A stretch of DNA of 64,000 bases. Origin: Auanema rhodensis. Lineage: Eukaryota > Animalia > Nematoda. The notes below the pieces were generated by a model. That model was not told the origin of the DNA, ran no database searches, and saw only the letters and a program-made list of their open reading frames with translations. Shown here piece by piece: positions 11,901 to 27,700 of the stretch. The DNA is taken from positions 24,428,001 through 24,492,000 of the forward strand of contig OZ059894.1 in the NCBI GenBank assembly GCA_964057225.1. Direction: 5' to 3'. A program made the position numbers and the translations under genes. Positions within the stretch are counted from its first letter, which is position 1. Each line of letters opens with the position of its first letter.

Positions 11901-12779
11901 ATTAGTCTAAAAACAAATTTTTATTGATATTGGTTCATGGTAACCATGACTTTGAAATTTACGTGAACTTTAATTTATGCTAATTAAATGTACACGTGAT
12001 GTGCACTTGGTATGTAACTCGCTTCACGTGAAAGATAAAGAGATGCGGTTTTCACAATTTGAATCCCCATGTCCATATTAGTCTAAAAACAAATTTTTAT
12101 TGATATTGGTGCATGGTAATCATGACTTTGAAATTTACGTGAACTTTAATTTATGCTAATTAAATGTACACGTGATGTGCACTTGGTATGTAACTCGCTT
12201 CACGTGAAAGATAAAGAGATGCGGTTTTCAAAATTAGATTCCCCATGTCCATATTAGTCTAAAAACAAATTTTTATTGATATTGGTTCATGATAACCATG
12301 ACTTTGAAATTTACGTGAACTTTAATTTATGCTAAATAAATGTACACGTGATGTGCACTTGGTATGTAACTCGCTTCACGTGAAAGATAAAGTGATGCGG
12401 TTTTCAAAATTAGATTCCCCATGTTCATATTAGTCTAAAAACAAATTTTTATTGATATTGGTGCATGGTAACCATGACTTTGAAATTTACGTGAACTTTA
12501 ATTTATGCTAATTAAATGTACACGTGATGTGCACTTGGTATGTAACTCGCTTCACGTGAAAGATAAAGTGATGCGGTTTTCAAAATTAGATTTCCCATGT
12601 TCATATTAGTCTAAAAACAAATTTTTATTGATATTGGTTCATGGTAACCATGACTTTGAAATTTACGTGAACTTTAATTTATGCTAATTAAATGTACACG
12701 TGATGTGCACTTGGTATGTATTTCGCTTCAAGTGAAAGATAAAGAGATGCGGTTTTCAAAATTAGATTCCCCATGTCCA

Positions 12780-15700
12780 TATTAGTCTAAAAACAAATTT
12801 TTATTGATATTGGTTCATGGTAACCATGACTTTGAAATTTACGTGAACTTTAATTTATGCTAATTAAATGTACACGTGATGTGCACTTGGTATGTATTTT
12901 GCTTCACGTGAAAGATAAAGAGATGCGGTTTTCAAAATTAGATTCCCCATGTCCATATTAGTCTAAAAACAAATTTTTATTGATATGGGTGCATGGTAAC
13001 CATGACTTTGAAATTTACGTGAACGTTAATTTATGCTAATTGAATGTACACGTGATGTGCACTTGGTATGTAACTCGCTTCACGTGAAAGATAAAGAGAT
13101 GCGGTTTTCAAAATTAGATTCCCCATGTCCATATTAGTCTAAAAACAAATTTTTATTGATATTGGTGCATGGTAACCATGACTTTGAAATTTACGTGAAC
13201 TTTAATTTATGCTAATTAAATGTACACGTGATGTGCACTTGGTATGTAACTCGCTTCACGTGAAAGATAAAGAGATGCGGTTTTCAAAATTAGATTTCCC
13301 ATGTCCATATTAGTCTAAAAACAAATTTTTATTGATATTGGTTCATGGTAACCATGACTTTGAAATTTACGTGAACTTTAATTTATGCTAATTAAATGTA
13401 CACGTGATGTGCACTTGGTATGTAACTCGCTTCACGTGAAAGATAAAGAGATGCGGTTTTCACAATTAGATTCCCCATGTCCATATTAGTCTAAAAACAA
13501 ATTTTTATTGATATTGGTTCATGATAACCATGACTTTGAAATTTACGTGAACTTTAATTTATGCTAATTAAATGTACACGTGATGTGCACTTGGTATGTA
13601 ACTCGCTTCACGTGTAAGATAAAGAGATGCGGTTTTCAAAATTAGATTCCCCATGTCCATATTAGTCTAAAAACAAATTTTTATTGATATTGGTGCATGG
13701 TAACCATGACTTTGAAATTTACGTGAACTTTAATTTATGCTAATTAAATGTACACGTGATGTGCACTTGGTATGTAACTCGCTTCACGTGTAAGATAAAG
13801 TGATGCGGTTTTCAAAATTAGATTCCCCATGTCCATATTAGTCTAAAAACAAATTTTTATTGATATTGGTGCATGGTAACCATGACTTTGAAATTTACGT
13901 GAACTTTAATTTATGCTAAATAAATGTACACGTGATGTGCACTTGGTATGTAACTCGCTTCACGTGAAAGATAAAGAGATGCGGTTTTCAAAATTAGATT
14001 TCCCATGTCCATATTAGTCTAAAAACAAATTTTTATTGATATTGGTTCATGGTAACCATGACTTTGAAATTTACGTGAACTTTAATTTATGCTAATTAAA
14101 TGTACACGTGATGTGCACTTGGTATGTAACTCGCTTCACGTGAAAGATAAAGAGATGCGGTTTTCACAATTAGATTCCCCATGTCCATATTAGTCTAAAA
14201 ACAAATTTTTATTGATATTGGTTCATGATAACCATGACTTTGAAATTTACGTGAACTTTAATTTATGCTAATTAAATGTACACGTGATGTGCACTTGGTA
14301 TGTAACTCGCTTCACGTGTAAGATAAAGAGATGCGGTTTTCAAAATTAGATTCCCCATGTCCATATTAGTCTAAAAACAAATTTTTATTGATATTGGTGC
14401 ATGGTAACCATGACTTTGAAATTTACGTGAACTTTAATTTATGCTAATTAAATGTACACGTGATGTGCACTTGGTATGTAACTCGCTTCACGTGTAAGAT
14501 AAAGTGATGCGGTTTTCAAAATTAGATTCCCCATGTCCATATTAGTCTAAAAACAAATTTTTATTGATATTGGTGCATGGTAACCATGACTTTGAAATTT
14601 ACGTGAACTTTAATTTATGCTAAATAAATGTACACGTGATGTGCACTTGGTATGTAACTCGCTTCACGTGAAAGATAAAGAGATGCGGTTTTCAAAATTT
14701 GATTCCCCATGTCCATATTAGTCTAGAAACAAACTTTTATTGATATTGGTTCATGGTAACCATGACTTTGAAATTTACGTGAACTTTAATTTATGCTAAT
14801 TAAATGTACACGTGATGTGCACTTGGTATGTAACTCGCTTCACGTGAAAGATAAAGAGATGCGGTTTTCAAAATTAGATTCCCCATGTTCATATTAGTCT
14901 AAAAACAAATTTTTATTGATATTGGTGCATGGTAACCATGACTTTGAAATTTACGTGAACTTTAATTTATGCTAATTAAATGTACACGTGATGTGCACTT
15001 GGTATGTAACTCGCTTCACGTGAAAGATAAAAAGATGCGGTTTTCAAAATTAGATTCCCCATGTCCATATTAGTCTAAAAACAAATTTTTATTGATATTG
15101 GTTCATGGTAACCATGACTTTGAAATTTACGTGAACTTTAATTTATGCTAATTAAATGTACACGTGATGTGCACTTGGTATGTAACTCGCTTCACGTGAA
15201 AGATAAAGAGATGCGGTTTTCACAATTAGATTCCCCATGTCCATATTAGTCTAAAAACAAATTTTTATTGATATTGGTTCATGGTAACCATGACTTTGAA
15301 ATTTACGTGAACTTTAATTTATGCTAATTAAATGTACACGTGATGTGCACTTGGTATGTATTTTGCTTCACGTGAAAGATAAAGAGATGCGGTTTTCAAA
15401 ATTAGATTCCCCATGTCCATATTAGTCTAAAAACAAATTTTTATTGATATGGGTGCATGGTAACCATGACTTTGAAATTTACGTGAACGTTAATTTATGC
15501 TAATTGAATGTACACGTGATGTGCACTTGGTATGTAACTCGCTTCACGTGAAAGATAAAGAGATGCGGTTTTCAAAATTAGATTCCCCATGTCCATATTA
15601 GTCTAAAAACAAATTTTTATTGATATTGGTGCATGGTAACCATGACTTTGAAATTTACGTGAACTTTAATTTATGCTAATTAAATGTACACGTGATGTGC

Positions 15701-17680
15701 ACTTGGTATGTAACTCGCTTCACGTGAAAGATAAAGAGATGCGGTTTTCAAAATTAGATTTCCCATGTCCATATTAGTCTAAAAACAAATTTTTATTGAT
15801 ATTGGTTCATGGTAACCATGACTTTGAAATTTACGTGAACTTTAATTTATGCTAATTAAATGTACACGTGATGTGCACTTGGTATGTAACTCGCTTCACG
15901 TGAAAGATAAAGAGATGCGGTTTTCACAATTAGATTCCCCATGTCCATATTAGTCTAAAAACAAATTTTTATTGATATTGGTTCATGATAACCATGACTT
16001 TGAAATTTACGTGAACTTTAATTTATGCTAATTAAATGTACACGTGATGTGCACTTGGTATGTAACTCGCTTCACGTGTAAGATAAAGAGATGCGGTTTT
16101 CAAAATTAGATTCCCCATGTCCATATTAGTCTAAAAACAAATTTTTATTGATATTGGTGCATGGTAACCATGACTTTGAAATTTACGTGAACTTTAATTT
16201 ATGCTAATTAAATGTACACGTGATGTGCACTTGGTATGTAACTCGCTTCACGTGTAAGATAAAGTGATGCGGTTTTCAAAATTAGATTCCCCATGTCCAT
16301 ATTAGTCTAAAAACAAATTTTTATTGATATTGGTGCATGGTAACCATGACTTTGAAATTTACGTGAACTTTAATTTATGCTAAATAAATGTACACGTGAT
16401 GTGCACTTGGTATGTAACTCGCTTCACGTGAAAGATAAAGAGATGCGGTTTTCAAAATTAGATTTCCCATGTCCATATTAGTCTAAAAACAAATTTTTAT
16501 TGATATTGGTTCATGGTAACCATGACTTTGAAATTTACGTGAACTTTAATTTATGCTAATTAAATGTACACGTGATGTGCACTTGGTATGTAACTCGCTT
16601 CACGTGAAAGATAAAGAGATGCGGTTTTCACAATTAGATTCCCCATGTCCATATTAGTCTAAAAACAAATTTTTATTGATATTGGTTCATGATAACCATG
16701 ACTTTGAAATTTACGTGAACTTTAATTTATGCTAATTAAATGTACACGTGATGTGCACTTGGTATGTAACTCGCTTCACGTGTAAGATAAAGAGATGCGG
16801 TTTTCAAAATTAGATTCCCCATGTCCATATTAGTCTAAAAACAAATTTTTATTGATATTGGTGCATGGTAACCATGACTTTGAAATTTACGTGAACTTTA
16901 ATTTATGCTAATTAAATGTACACGTGATGTGCACTTGGTATGTAACTCGCTTCACGTGTAAGATAAAGTGATGCGGTTTTCAAAATTAGATTCCCCATGT
17001 CCATATTAGTCTAAAAACAAATTTTTATTGATATTGGTGCATGGTAACCATGACTTTGAAATTTACGTGAACTTTAATTTATGCTAAATAAATGTACACG
17101 TGATGTGCACTTGGTATGTAACTCGCTTCACGTGAAAGATAAAGAGATGCGGTTTTCAAAATTTGATTCCCCATGTCCATATTAGTCTAGAAACAAACTT
17201 TTATTGATATTGGTTCATGGTAACCATGACTTTGAAATTTACGTGAACTTTAATTTATGCTAATTAAATGTACACGTGATGTGCACTTGGTATGTAACTC
17301 GCTTCACGTGAAAGATAAAGAGATGCGGTTTTCAAAATTAGATTCCCCATGTTCATATTAGTCTAAAAACAAATTTTTATTGATATTGGTGCATGGTAAC
17401 CATGACTTTGAAATTTACGTGAACTTTAATTTATGCTAATTAAATGTACACGTGATGTGCACTTGGTATGTAACTCGCTTCACGTGAAAGATAAAAAGAT
17501 GCGGTTTTCAAAATTAGATTCCCCATGTCCATATTAGTCTAAAAACAAATTTTTATTGATATTGGTTCATGGTAACCATGACTTTGAAATTTACGTGAAC
17601 TTTAATTTATGCTAATTAAATGTACACGTGATGTGCACTTGGTATGTAACTCGCTTCACGTGAAAGATAAAGAGATGCGG
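12780..17680. repeat. Tandem duplication of a 14-monomer (2464 bp) block containing a nested 4-monomer duplication; boundaries approximate
   Basis: TATTTTGC 12897/15361, GAACGTT 13025/15489 and ATAAAAAG 15032/17496 are offset by 2464. Internal markers (CACAATT 13463/14167 and others) are offset by 704. Confidence 0.9.
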
Positions 17681-20600
17681 TTTTCAAAATTAGATTCCCC
17701 ATGTCCATATTAGTCTAAAAACAAATTTTTATTGATATTGGTGCATGGTAACCATGACTTTGAAATTTACGTGAACTTTAATTTATGCTAATTAAATGTA
17801 CACGTGATGTGCACTTGGTATGTAACTCGCTTCACGTGAAAGATAAAGAGATGCGGTTTTCAAAATTAGATTTCCCATGTCCATATTAGTCTAAAAACAA
17901 ATTTTTATTGATATTGGTTCATGGTAACCATGACTTTGAAATTTACGTGAACTTTAATTTATGCTAATTAAATGTACACGTGATGTGCACTTGGTATGTA
18001 ACTCGCTTCACGTGAAAGATAAAGAGATGCGGTTTTCACAATTTGAATCCCCATGTCCTTATTAGTCTAAAAACAAATTTTTATTGATATTGGTGCATGG
18101 TAATCATGACTTTGAAATTTACGTGAACTTTAATTTATGCTAATTAAATGTACACGTGATGTGCACTTGGTATGTAACTCGCTTCACGTGAAAGATAAAG
18201 AGATGCGGTTTTCAAAATTAGATTCCCCATGTCCATATTAGTCTAAAAACAAATTTTTATTGATATTGGTTCATGGTAACCATGACTTTGAAATTTACGT
18301 GAACTTTAATTTATGCTAATTAAATGTACACGTGATGTGCACTTGGTATGTAACTCGCTTCACGTGTAAGATAAAGAGATGCGGTTTTCAAAATTAGATT
18401 CCCCATGTTCATATTAGTCTAAAAACAAATTTTTATTGATATTGGTGCATGGTAACCATGACTTTGAAATTTACGTGAACTTTAATTTATGCTAATTAAA
18501 TGTACACGTGATGTGCACTTGGTATGTAACTCGCTTCACGTGAAAGATAAAGAGATGCGGTTTTCAAAATTAGATTTTCCATGTCCATATTAGTCTAAAA
18601 ACAAATTTTTATTGATATTGGTTCATGGTAACCATGACTTTGAAATTTACGTGAACTTTAATTTATGCTAATTAAATGTACACGTGATGTGCACTTGGTA
18701 TGTAACTCGCTTCACGTGAAAGATAAAGAGATGCGGTTTTCAAAATTAGATTCCCCATGTCCATATTAGTCTAAAAACAAATTTTTATTGATATTGGTGC
18801 ATGGTAACCATGACTTTGAAATTTACGTGAACTTTAATTTATGCTAATTAAATGTACACGTGATGTGCACTTGGTATGTAACTCGCTTCACGTGAAAGAT
18901 AAAGAGATGCGGTTTTCAAAATTAGATTTCCCATGTCCATATTAGTCTAAAAACAAATTTTTATTGATATTGGTGCATGGTAATCATGACTTTGAAATTT
19001 ACGTGAACTTTAATTTATGCTAATTAAATGTACACGTGATGTGCACTTGGTATGTAACTCGCTTCACGTCAAAGATAAAGAGATGCGGTTTTCAAAATTA
19101 GATTCCCCATGTCCATATTAGTCTAAAAACAAATTTTTATTGATATTGGTTCATGATAACCATGACTTTGAAATTTACGTGAACTTTAATTTATGCTAAT
19201 TAAATGTACACGTGATGTGCACTTGGTATGTAACTCGCTTCACGTGTAAGATAAAGAGATGCGGTTTTCAAAATTAGATTCCCCATGTCCATATTAGTCT
19301 AAAAACAAATTTTTATTGATATTGGTTCATGGTAACCATGACTTTGAAATTTACGTGAACTTTAATTTATGCTAAATAAATGTACACGTGATGTGCACTT
19401 GGTATGTAACTCGCTTCACGTGAAAGAGAAAGTGATGCGGTTTTCAAAATTAGATTCCCCATGTTCATATTAGTCTAAAAACAAATTTTTATTGATATTG
19501 GTGCATGGTAACCATGACTTTGAAATTTACGTGAACTTTAATTTATGCTAATTAAATGTACACGTGATGTGCACTTGGTATGTAACTCGCTTCACGTGAA
19601 AGATAAAGAGATGCGGTTTTCAAAATTAGATTCCCCATGTCCATATTAGTCTAAAAACAAATTTTTATTGATATTGGTTCATGATAACCATGACTTTGAA
19701 ATTTACGTGAACTTTAATTTATGCTAATTAAATGTACACGTGATGTGCACTTGGTATGTAACTCGCTTCACGTGTAAGATAAAGAGATGCGGTTTTCAAA
19801 ATTAGATTCCCCATGTCCATATTAGTCTAAAAACAAATTTTTATTGATATTGGTGCATGGTAACCATGACTTTGAAATTTACGTGAACTTTAATTTATGC
19901 TAAATAAATGTACACGTGATGTGCACTTGGTATGTAACTCGCTTCACGTGAAAGATAAAGTGATGCGGTTTTCAAAATTAGATTCCCCATGTCCATATTA
20001 GTCTAAAAACAAATTTTTATTGATATTGGTTCATGGTAACCATGACTTTGAAATTTACGTGAACTTTAATTTATGCTAATTAAATGTACACGTGATGTGC
20101 ACTTGGTATGTAACTCGCTTCACGTGAAAGATAAAGAGATGCGGTTTTCACAATTTGATTCCCCATGTCCATATTAGTCTAGAAACAAACTTTTATTGAT
20201 ATTGGTTCATGGTAACCATGACTTTGAAATTTACGTGAACTTTAATTTATGCTAATTAAATGTACACGTGATGTGCACTTGGTATGTAACTCGCTTCACG
20301 TGAAAGATAAAGAGATGCGGTTTTCAAAATTAGATTCCCCATGTTCATATTAGTCTAAAAACAAATTTTTATTGATATTGGTGCATGGTAACCATGACTT
20401 TGAAATTTACGTGAACTTTAATTTATGCTAATTAAATGTACACGTGATGTGCACTTGGTATGTAACTCGCTTCACGTGAAAGATAAAGAGATGCGGTTTT
20501 CAAAATTAGATTCCCCATGTCCATATTAGTCTAAAAACAAATTTTTATTGATATTGGTTCATGGTAACCATGACTTTGAAATTTACGTGAACTTTAATTT

Positions 20601-23600
20601 ATGCTAATTAAATGTACACGTGATGTGCACTTGGTATGTAACTCGCTTCACGTGAAAGATAAAGAGATGCGGTTTTCAAAATTAGATTCCCCATGTCCAT
20701 ATTAGTCTAAAAACAAATTTTTATTGATATTGGTTCATGGTAACCATGACTTTGAAATTTACGTGAACTTTAATTTATGCTAATTAAATGTACACGTGAT
20801 GTGCACTTGGTATGTAACTCGCTTCACGTGAAAGATAAAGAGATGCGGTTTTCAAAATTAGATTCCCCATGTCCATATTAGTCTAAAAACAAATTTTTAT
20901 TGATATTGGTGCATGGTAACCATGACTTTGAAATTTACGTGAACTTTAATTTATGCTAATTAAATGTACACGTGATGTGCACTTGGTATGTAACTCGCTT
21001 CACGTGAAAGATAAAGTGATGCGGTTTTCAAAATTAGATTCCCCATGTCCATATTAGTCTAAAAACAAATTTTTATTGATATGGGTGCATGGTAACCATG
21101 ACTTTGAAATTTACGTGAACTTTAATTTATGCTAATTAAATGTACACGTGATGTGCACTTGGTATGTAACTCGCTTCACGTGAAAGATAAAGAGATGCGG
21201 TTTTCAAAATTAGATTCCCCATGTCCATATTAGTCTAAAAACAAATTTTTATTGATATTGGTGCATGGTAACCATGACTTTGAAATTTACGTGAACTTTA
21301 ATTTATGCTAATTAAATGTACACGTGATGTGCACTTGGTATGTAACTCGCTTCACGTGAAAGATAAAGAGATGCGGTTTTCAAAATTAGATTCCCCATGT
21401 CCATATTAGTCTAAAAACAAATTTTTATTGATATTGGTTCATGGTAACCATGACTTTGAAATTTACGTGAACTTTAATTTATGCTAATTAAATGTACACG
21501 TGATGTGCACTTGGTATGTAACTCGCTTCACGTGAAAGATAAAGAGATGCGGTTTTCAAAATTAGATTCCCCATGTCCATATTAGTCTAAAAACAAATTT
21601 TTATTGATATTGGTGCATGGTAACCATGACTTTGAAATTTACGTGAACTTTAATTTATGCTAATTAAATGTACACGTGATGTGCACTTGGTATGTAACTC
21701 GCTTCACGTGAAAGATAAAGAGATGCGGTTTTCAAAATTAGATTCCCCATGTCCATATTAGTCTAAAAACAAATTTTTATTGATATTGGTTCATGATAAC
21801 CATGACTTTGAAATTTACGTGAACTTTAATTTATGCTAATTAAATGTACACGTGATGTGCACTTGGTATGTAACTCGCTTCACGTGAAAGATAAAGAGAT
21901 GCGGTTTTCAAAATTAGATTCCCCATGTTCATATTAGTCTAAAAACAAATTTTTATTGATATTGGTGCATGGTAACCATGACTTTGAAATTTACGTGAAC
22001 TTTAATTTATGCTAATTAAATGAACACGTGATGTGCACTTGGTATGTAACTCGCTTCACGTGAAAGATAAAGAGATGCGGTTTTCAAAATTAGATTCCCC
22101 ATGTCCATATTAGTCTAAAAACAAATTTTTATTGATATTGGTTCATGGTAACCATGACTTTGAAATTTACGTGAACTTTAATTTATGCTAATTAAATGTA
22201 CACGTGATGTGCACTTGGTATGTAACTCGCTTCACGTGAAAGATAAAGAGATGCGGTTTTCAAAATTAGATTCCCCATGTCCATATTAGTCTAAAAACAA
22301 ATTTTTATTGATATTGGTTCATGGTAACCATGACTTTGAAATTTACGTGAACTTTAATTTATGCTAATTAAATGTACACGTGATGTGCACTTGGTATGTA
22401 ACTCGCTTCACGTGAAAGATAAAGAGATGCGGTTTTCAAAATTAGATTCCCCATGTCCATATTAGTCTAAAAACAAATTTTTATTGATATTGGTGCATGG
22501 TAACCATGACTTTGAAATTTACGTGAACTTTAATTTATGCTAATTAAATGTACACGTGATGTGCACTTGGTATGTAACTCGCTTCACGTGAAAGATAAAG
22601 AGATGCGGTTTTCAAAATTAGATTCCCCATGTTCATATTAGTCTAAAAACAAATTTTTATTGATATTGGTGCATGGTAACCATGACTTTGAAATTTACGT
22701 GAACTTTAATTTATGCTAATTAAATGAACACGTGATGTGCACTTGGTATGTAACTCGCTTCACGTGAAAGATAAAGAGATGCGGTTTTCAAAATTAAATT
22801 CCCCATGTCCATATTAGTCTAAAAACAAATTTTTATTGATATTGGTTCATGGTAACCATGACTTTGAAATTTACGTGAACTTTAATTTATGCTAATTAAA
22901 TGTACACGTGATGTGCACTTGGTATGTAACTCGCTTCACGTGAAAGATAAAGAGATGCGGTTTTCAAAATTAGATTCCCCATGTCCATATTAGTCTAAAA
23001 ACAAATTTTTATTGATATTGGTTCATGGTAACCATGACTTTGAAATTTACGTGAACTTTAATTTATGCTAATTAAATGTACACGTGATGTGCACTTGGTA
23101 TGTAACTCGCTTCACGTGAAAGATAAAGAGATGCGGTTTTCAAAATTAGATTCCCCATGTCCATATTAGTCTAAAAACAAATTTTTATTGATATTGGTGC
23201 ATGGTAACCATGACTTTGAAATTTACGTGAACTTTAATTTATGCTAATTAAATGTACACGTGATGTGCACTTGGTATGTAACTCGCTTCACGTGAAAGAT
23301 AAAGAGATGCGGTTTTCAAAATTAGATTCCCCATGTCCATATTAGTCTAAAAACAAATTTTTATTGATATGGGTGCATGGTAACCATGACTTTGAAATTT
23401 ACGTGAACTTTAATTTATGCTAATTAAATGTACACGTGATGTGCACTTGGTATGTAACTCGCTTCACGTGAAAGATAAAGAGATGCGGTTTTCAAAATTA
23501 GATTCCCCATGTCCATATTAGTCTAAAAACAAATTTTTATTGATATTGGTTCATGATAACCATGACTTTGAAATTTACGTGAACTTTAATTTATGCTAAT

Positions 23601-26249
23601 TAAATGTACACGTGATGTGCACTTGGTATGTAACTCGCTTCACGTGAAAGATAAAGAGATGCGGTTTTCAAAATTAGATTCCCCATGTCCATATTAGTCT
23701 AAAAACAAATTTTTATTGATATTGGTTCATGGTAACCATGACTTTGAAATTTACGTGAACTTTAATTTATGCTAATTAAATGTACACGTGATGTGCACTT
23801 GGTATGTAACTCGCTTCACGTGTAAGATAAAGAGATGCGGTTTTCAAAATTAGATTCCCCATGTCCATATTAGTCTAAAAACAAATTTTTATTGATATTG
23901 GTGCATGGTAACCATGACTTTGAAATTTACGTGAACTTTAATTTATGCTAAATAAATGTACACGTGATGTGCACTTGGTATGTAACTCGCTTCACGTGAA
24001 AGATAAAGTGATGCGGTTTTCAAAATTAGATTCCCCATGTCCATATTAGTCTAAAAACAAATTTTTATTGATATTGGTTCATGGTAACCATGACTTTGAA
24101 ATTTACGTGAACTTTAATTTATGCTAATTAAATTTACACGTGATGTGCACTTGGTATGTAACTCGCTTCACGTGAAAGATAAAGAGATGCGGTTTTCAAA
24201 ATTTGATTCCCCATGTCCATATTAGTCTAGAAACAAACTTTCATTGATATTGGTTCATGGTAACCATGACTTTGAAATTTACGTGAACTTTAATTTATGC
24301 TAATTAAATGTACACGTGATGTGCACTTGGTATGTAACTCGCTTCACGTGAAAGATAAAGAGATGCGGTTTTCAAAATTAGATTCCCCATGTTCATATTA
24401 GTCTAAAAACAAATTTTTATTGATATTGGTGCATGGTAACCATGACTTTGAAATTTACGTGAACTTTAATTTATGCTAATTAAATGTACACGTGATGTGC
24501 ACTCGGTATGTAACTCGCTTCACGTGAAAGATAAAGAGATGCGGTTTTCAAAATTAGATTCCCCATGTCCATATTAGTCTAAAAACAAATTTTTATTGAT
24601 ATTGGTGCATGGTAACCATGACTTTGAAATTTACGTGAACTTTAATTTATGCTAATTAAATGTACACGTGATGTGCACTTGGTATGTAACTCGCTTCACG
24701 TGAAAGATAAAGAGATGCGGTTTTCAAAATTAGATTCCCCATGTCCATATTAGTCTAAAAACAAATTTTTATTGATATTGGTGCATGGTAACCATGACTT
24801 TGAAATTTACGTGAACTTTAATTTATGCTAATTAAATGTACACGTGATGTGCACTTGGTATGTAACTCGCTTCACGTGAAAGATAAAGTGATGCGGTTTT
24901 CAAAATTAGATTCCCCATGTCCATATTAGTCTAAAAACAAATTTTTATTGATATTGGTTCATGGTAACCATGACTTTGAAATTTACGTGAACTTTAATTT
25001 ATGCTAATTAAATGTACACGTGATGTGCACTTGGTATGTAACTCGCTTCACGTGAAAGATAAAGAGATGCGGTTTTCAAAATTTGATTCCCCATGTCCAT
25101 ATTAGTCTAAAAACAAATTTTTATTGATATTGGTTCATGGTAACCATGACTTTGAAATTTACGTGAACTTTAATTTATGCTAATTAAATGTACACGTGAT
25201 GTGCACTTGGTATGTAACTCGCTTCACGTGAAAGATAAAGAGATGCGGTTTTCAAAATTAGATTCCCCATGTCCATATTAGTCTAAAAACAAATTTTTAT
25301 TGATATTGGTTCATGATAACCATGACTTTGAAATTTACTTGAACTTTAATTTATGCTAATTAAATGTACACGTGATGTGCACTTGGTATGTAACTCGCTT
25401 CACGTGAAAGATAAAGAGATGCGGTTTTCAAAATTAGATTCCCCATGTTCATATTAGTCTAAAAACAAATTTTTATTGATATTGGTGCATGGTAACCATG
25501 ACTTTGAAATTTACGTGAACTTTAATTTATGCTAATTAAATGTACACGTGATGTGCACTTGGTATGTAACTCGCTTCACGTGAAAGATAAAGAGATGCGG
25601 TTTTCAAAATTAGATTCCCCATGTCCATATTAGTCTAAAAACAAATTTTTATTGATATTGGTTCATGGTAACCATGACTTTGAAATTTACGTGAACTTTA
25701 ATTTATGCTAATTAAATGTACACGTGATGTGCACTTGGTATGTAACTCGCTTCACGTGAAAGATAAAGAGATGCGGTTTTCAAAATTAGATTCCCCATGT
25801 CCATATTAGTCTAAAAACAAATTTTTATTGATATTGGTTCATGGTAACCATGACTTTGAAATTTACGTGAACTTTAATTTATGCTAATTAAATGTACACG
25901 TGATGTGCACTTGGTATGTAACTCGCTTCACGTGAAAGATAAAGAGATGCGGTTTTCAAAATTAGATTCCCCATGTCCATATTAGTCTAAAAACAAATTT
26001 TTATTGATATTGGTGCATGGTAACCATGACTTCGAAATTTACGTGAACTTTAATTTATGCTAATTAAATGTACACGTGATGTGCACTTGGTATGTAACTC
26101 GCTTCACGTGAAAGATAGAGAGATGCGGTTTTCAACATTAGATTCCCCATGTCCATATTAGTCTAAAAACAAATTTTTATTGATATTGGTGCATGGTAAC
26201 CATGACTTTGAAATTTACGTGAACTTTAATTTATGCAAATTAAATGTAC

Positions 26250-27700
26250 ACGTGATGTGCACTTGGTATGTAACTCGCTTCACGTGAAAGATAAAGAGAT
26301 GCGGTTTTCAAAATTAGATTCCTCATGTCCATATTAGTCTAAAAACAAATTTTTATTGATATTGGTTCATGGTAACCATGACTTTGAAATTTACGTGAAC
26401 TTTGATTTATGCTAATTAAATGTACACGTGATGTGCACTTGGTATGTAACTCGCTTCACGTGAAAGATAAAGAGATGCGGTTTTCAAAATAAGATTCCCC
26501 ATGTCCATATTAGTCTAAAAACAAATTTTTATTGATATTGGTGCATGGTAACCATGACTTTGAAATTTACGTGAACTTTAATTTATGCTAATTAAATGTA
26601 CACGTGATGTGCACTTGGTATGTAACTCGCTTCACGTGAAAGATAAAGAGATGCGGTTTTCAAAATGAGATTCCCCATGTCCATATTAGTCCAAAAACAA
26701 TTTTTTATTGATATTGGTGCATGGTAACCATGACTTTGAAATTTACGTGAACTTTAATTCATGCTAATTAAATGTACACGTGATGTGCACTTGGTATGTA
26801 ACTCGCTTCACGTGAAAGATAAAGAGATGCGGTTTTCAAAATTTGATTCCCCATGTCCATATTAGTCTAAAAACAAATTTTCATTGATATTGGTTCATGG
26901 TAACCATGACTTTGAAATTTACGTGAACTTTAATTTATGCTAATTAAATGTACACGTGATGTGCACTTGGTATGTAACTCGCTTCACGTGAAAGATAAAG
27001 AGATGCGGTTTTCAAAATTAGATTCCTCATGTCCATATTAGTCTAAAAACAAATTTTTATTGATATTGGTTCATGGTAACCATGACTTTGAAATTTACGT
27101 GAACTTTGATTTATGCTAATTAAATGTACACGTGATGTGCACTTGGTATGTAACTCGCTTCACGTGAAAGATAAAGAGATGCGGTTTTCAAAATAAGATT
27201 CCCCATGTCCATATTAGTCTAAAAACAAATTTTTATTGATATTGGTGCATGGTAACCATGACTTTGAAATTTACGTGAACTTTAATTTATGCTAATTAAA
27301 TGTACACGTGATGTGCACTTGGTATGTAACTCGCTTCACGTGAAAGATAAAGAGATGCGGTTTTCAAAATGAGATTCCCCATGTCCATATTAGTCCAAAA
27401 ACAATTTTTTATTGATATTGGTGCATGGTAACCATGACTTTGAAATTTACGTGAACTTTAATTCATGCTAATTAAATGTACACGTGATGTGCACTTGGTA
27501 TGTAACTCGCTTCACGTGAAAGATAAAGAGATGCGGTTTTCAAAATTTGATTCCCCATGTCCATATTAGTCTAAAAACAAATTTTCATTGATATTGGTTC
27601 ATGGTAACCATGACTTTGAAATTTACGTGAACTTTAATTTATGCTAATTAAATGTACACGTGATGTGCACTTGGTATGTAACTCGCTTCACGTGAAAGAT
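26250..27700. repeat. Tandem duplication of a 4-monomer (704 bp) block rich in diagnostic variants
   Basis: CCTCAT 26323/27027, TTTGATTT 26404/27108, AAATAAG 26491/27195, AAATGAG 26667/27371 and TTTCATTG 26882/27586 are all offset by 704. Confidence 0.92.
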
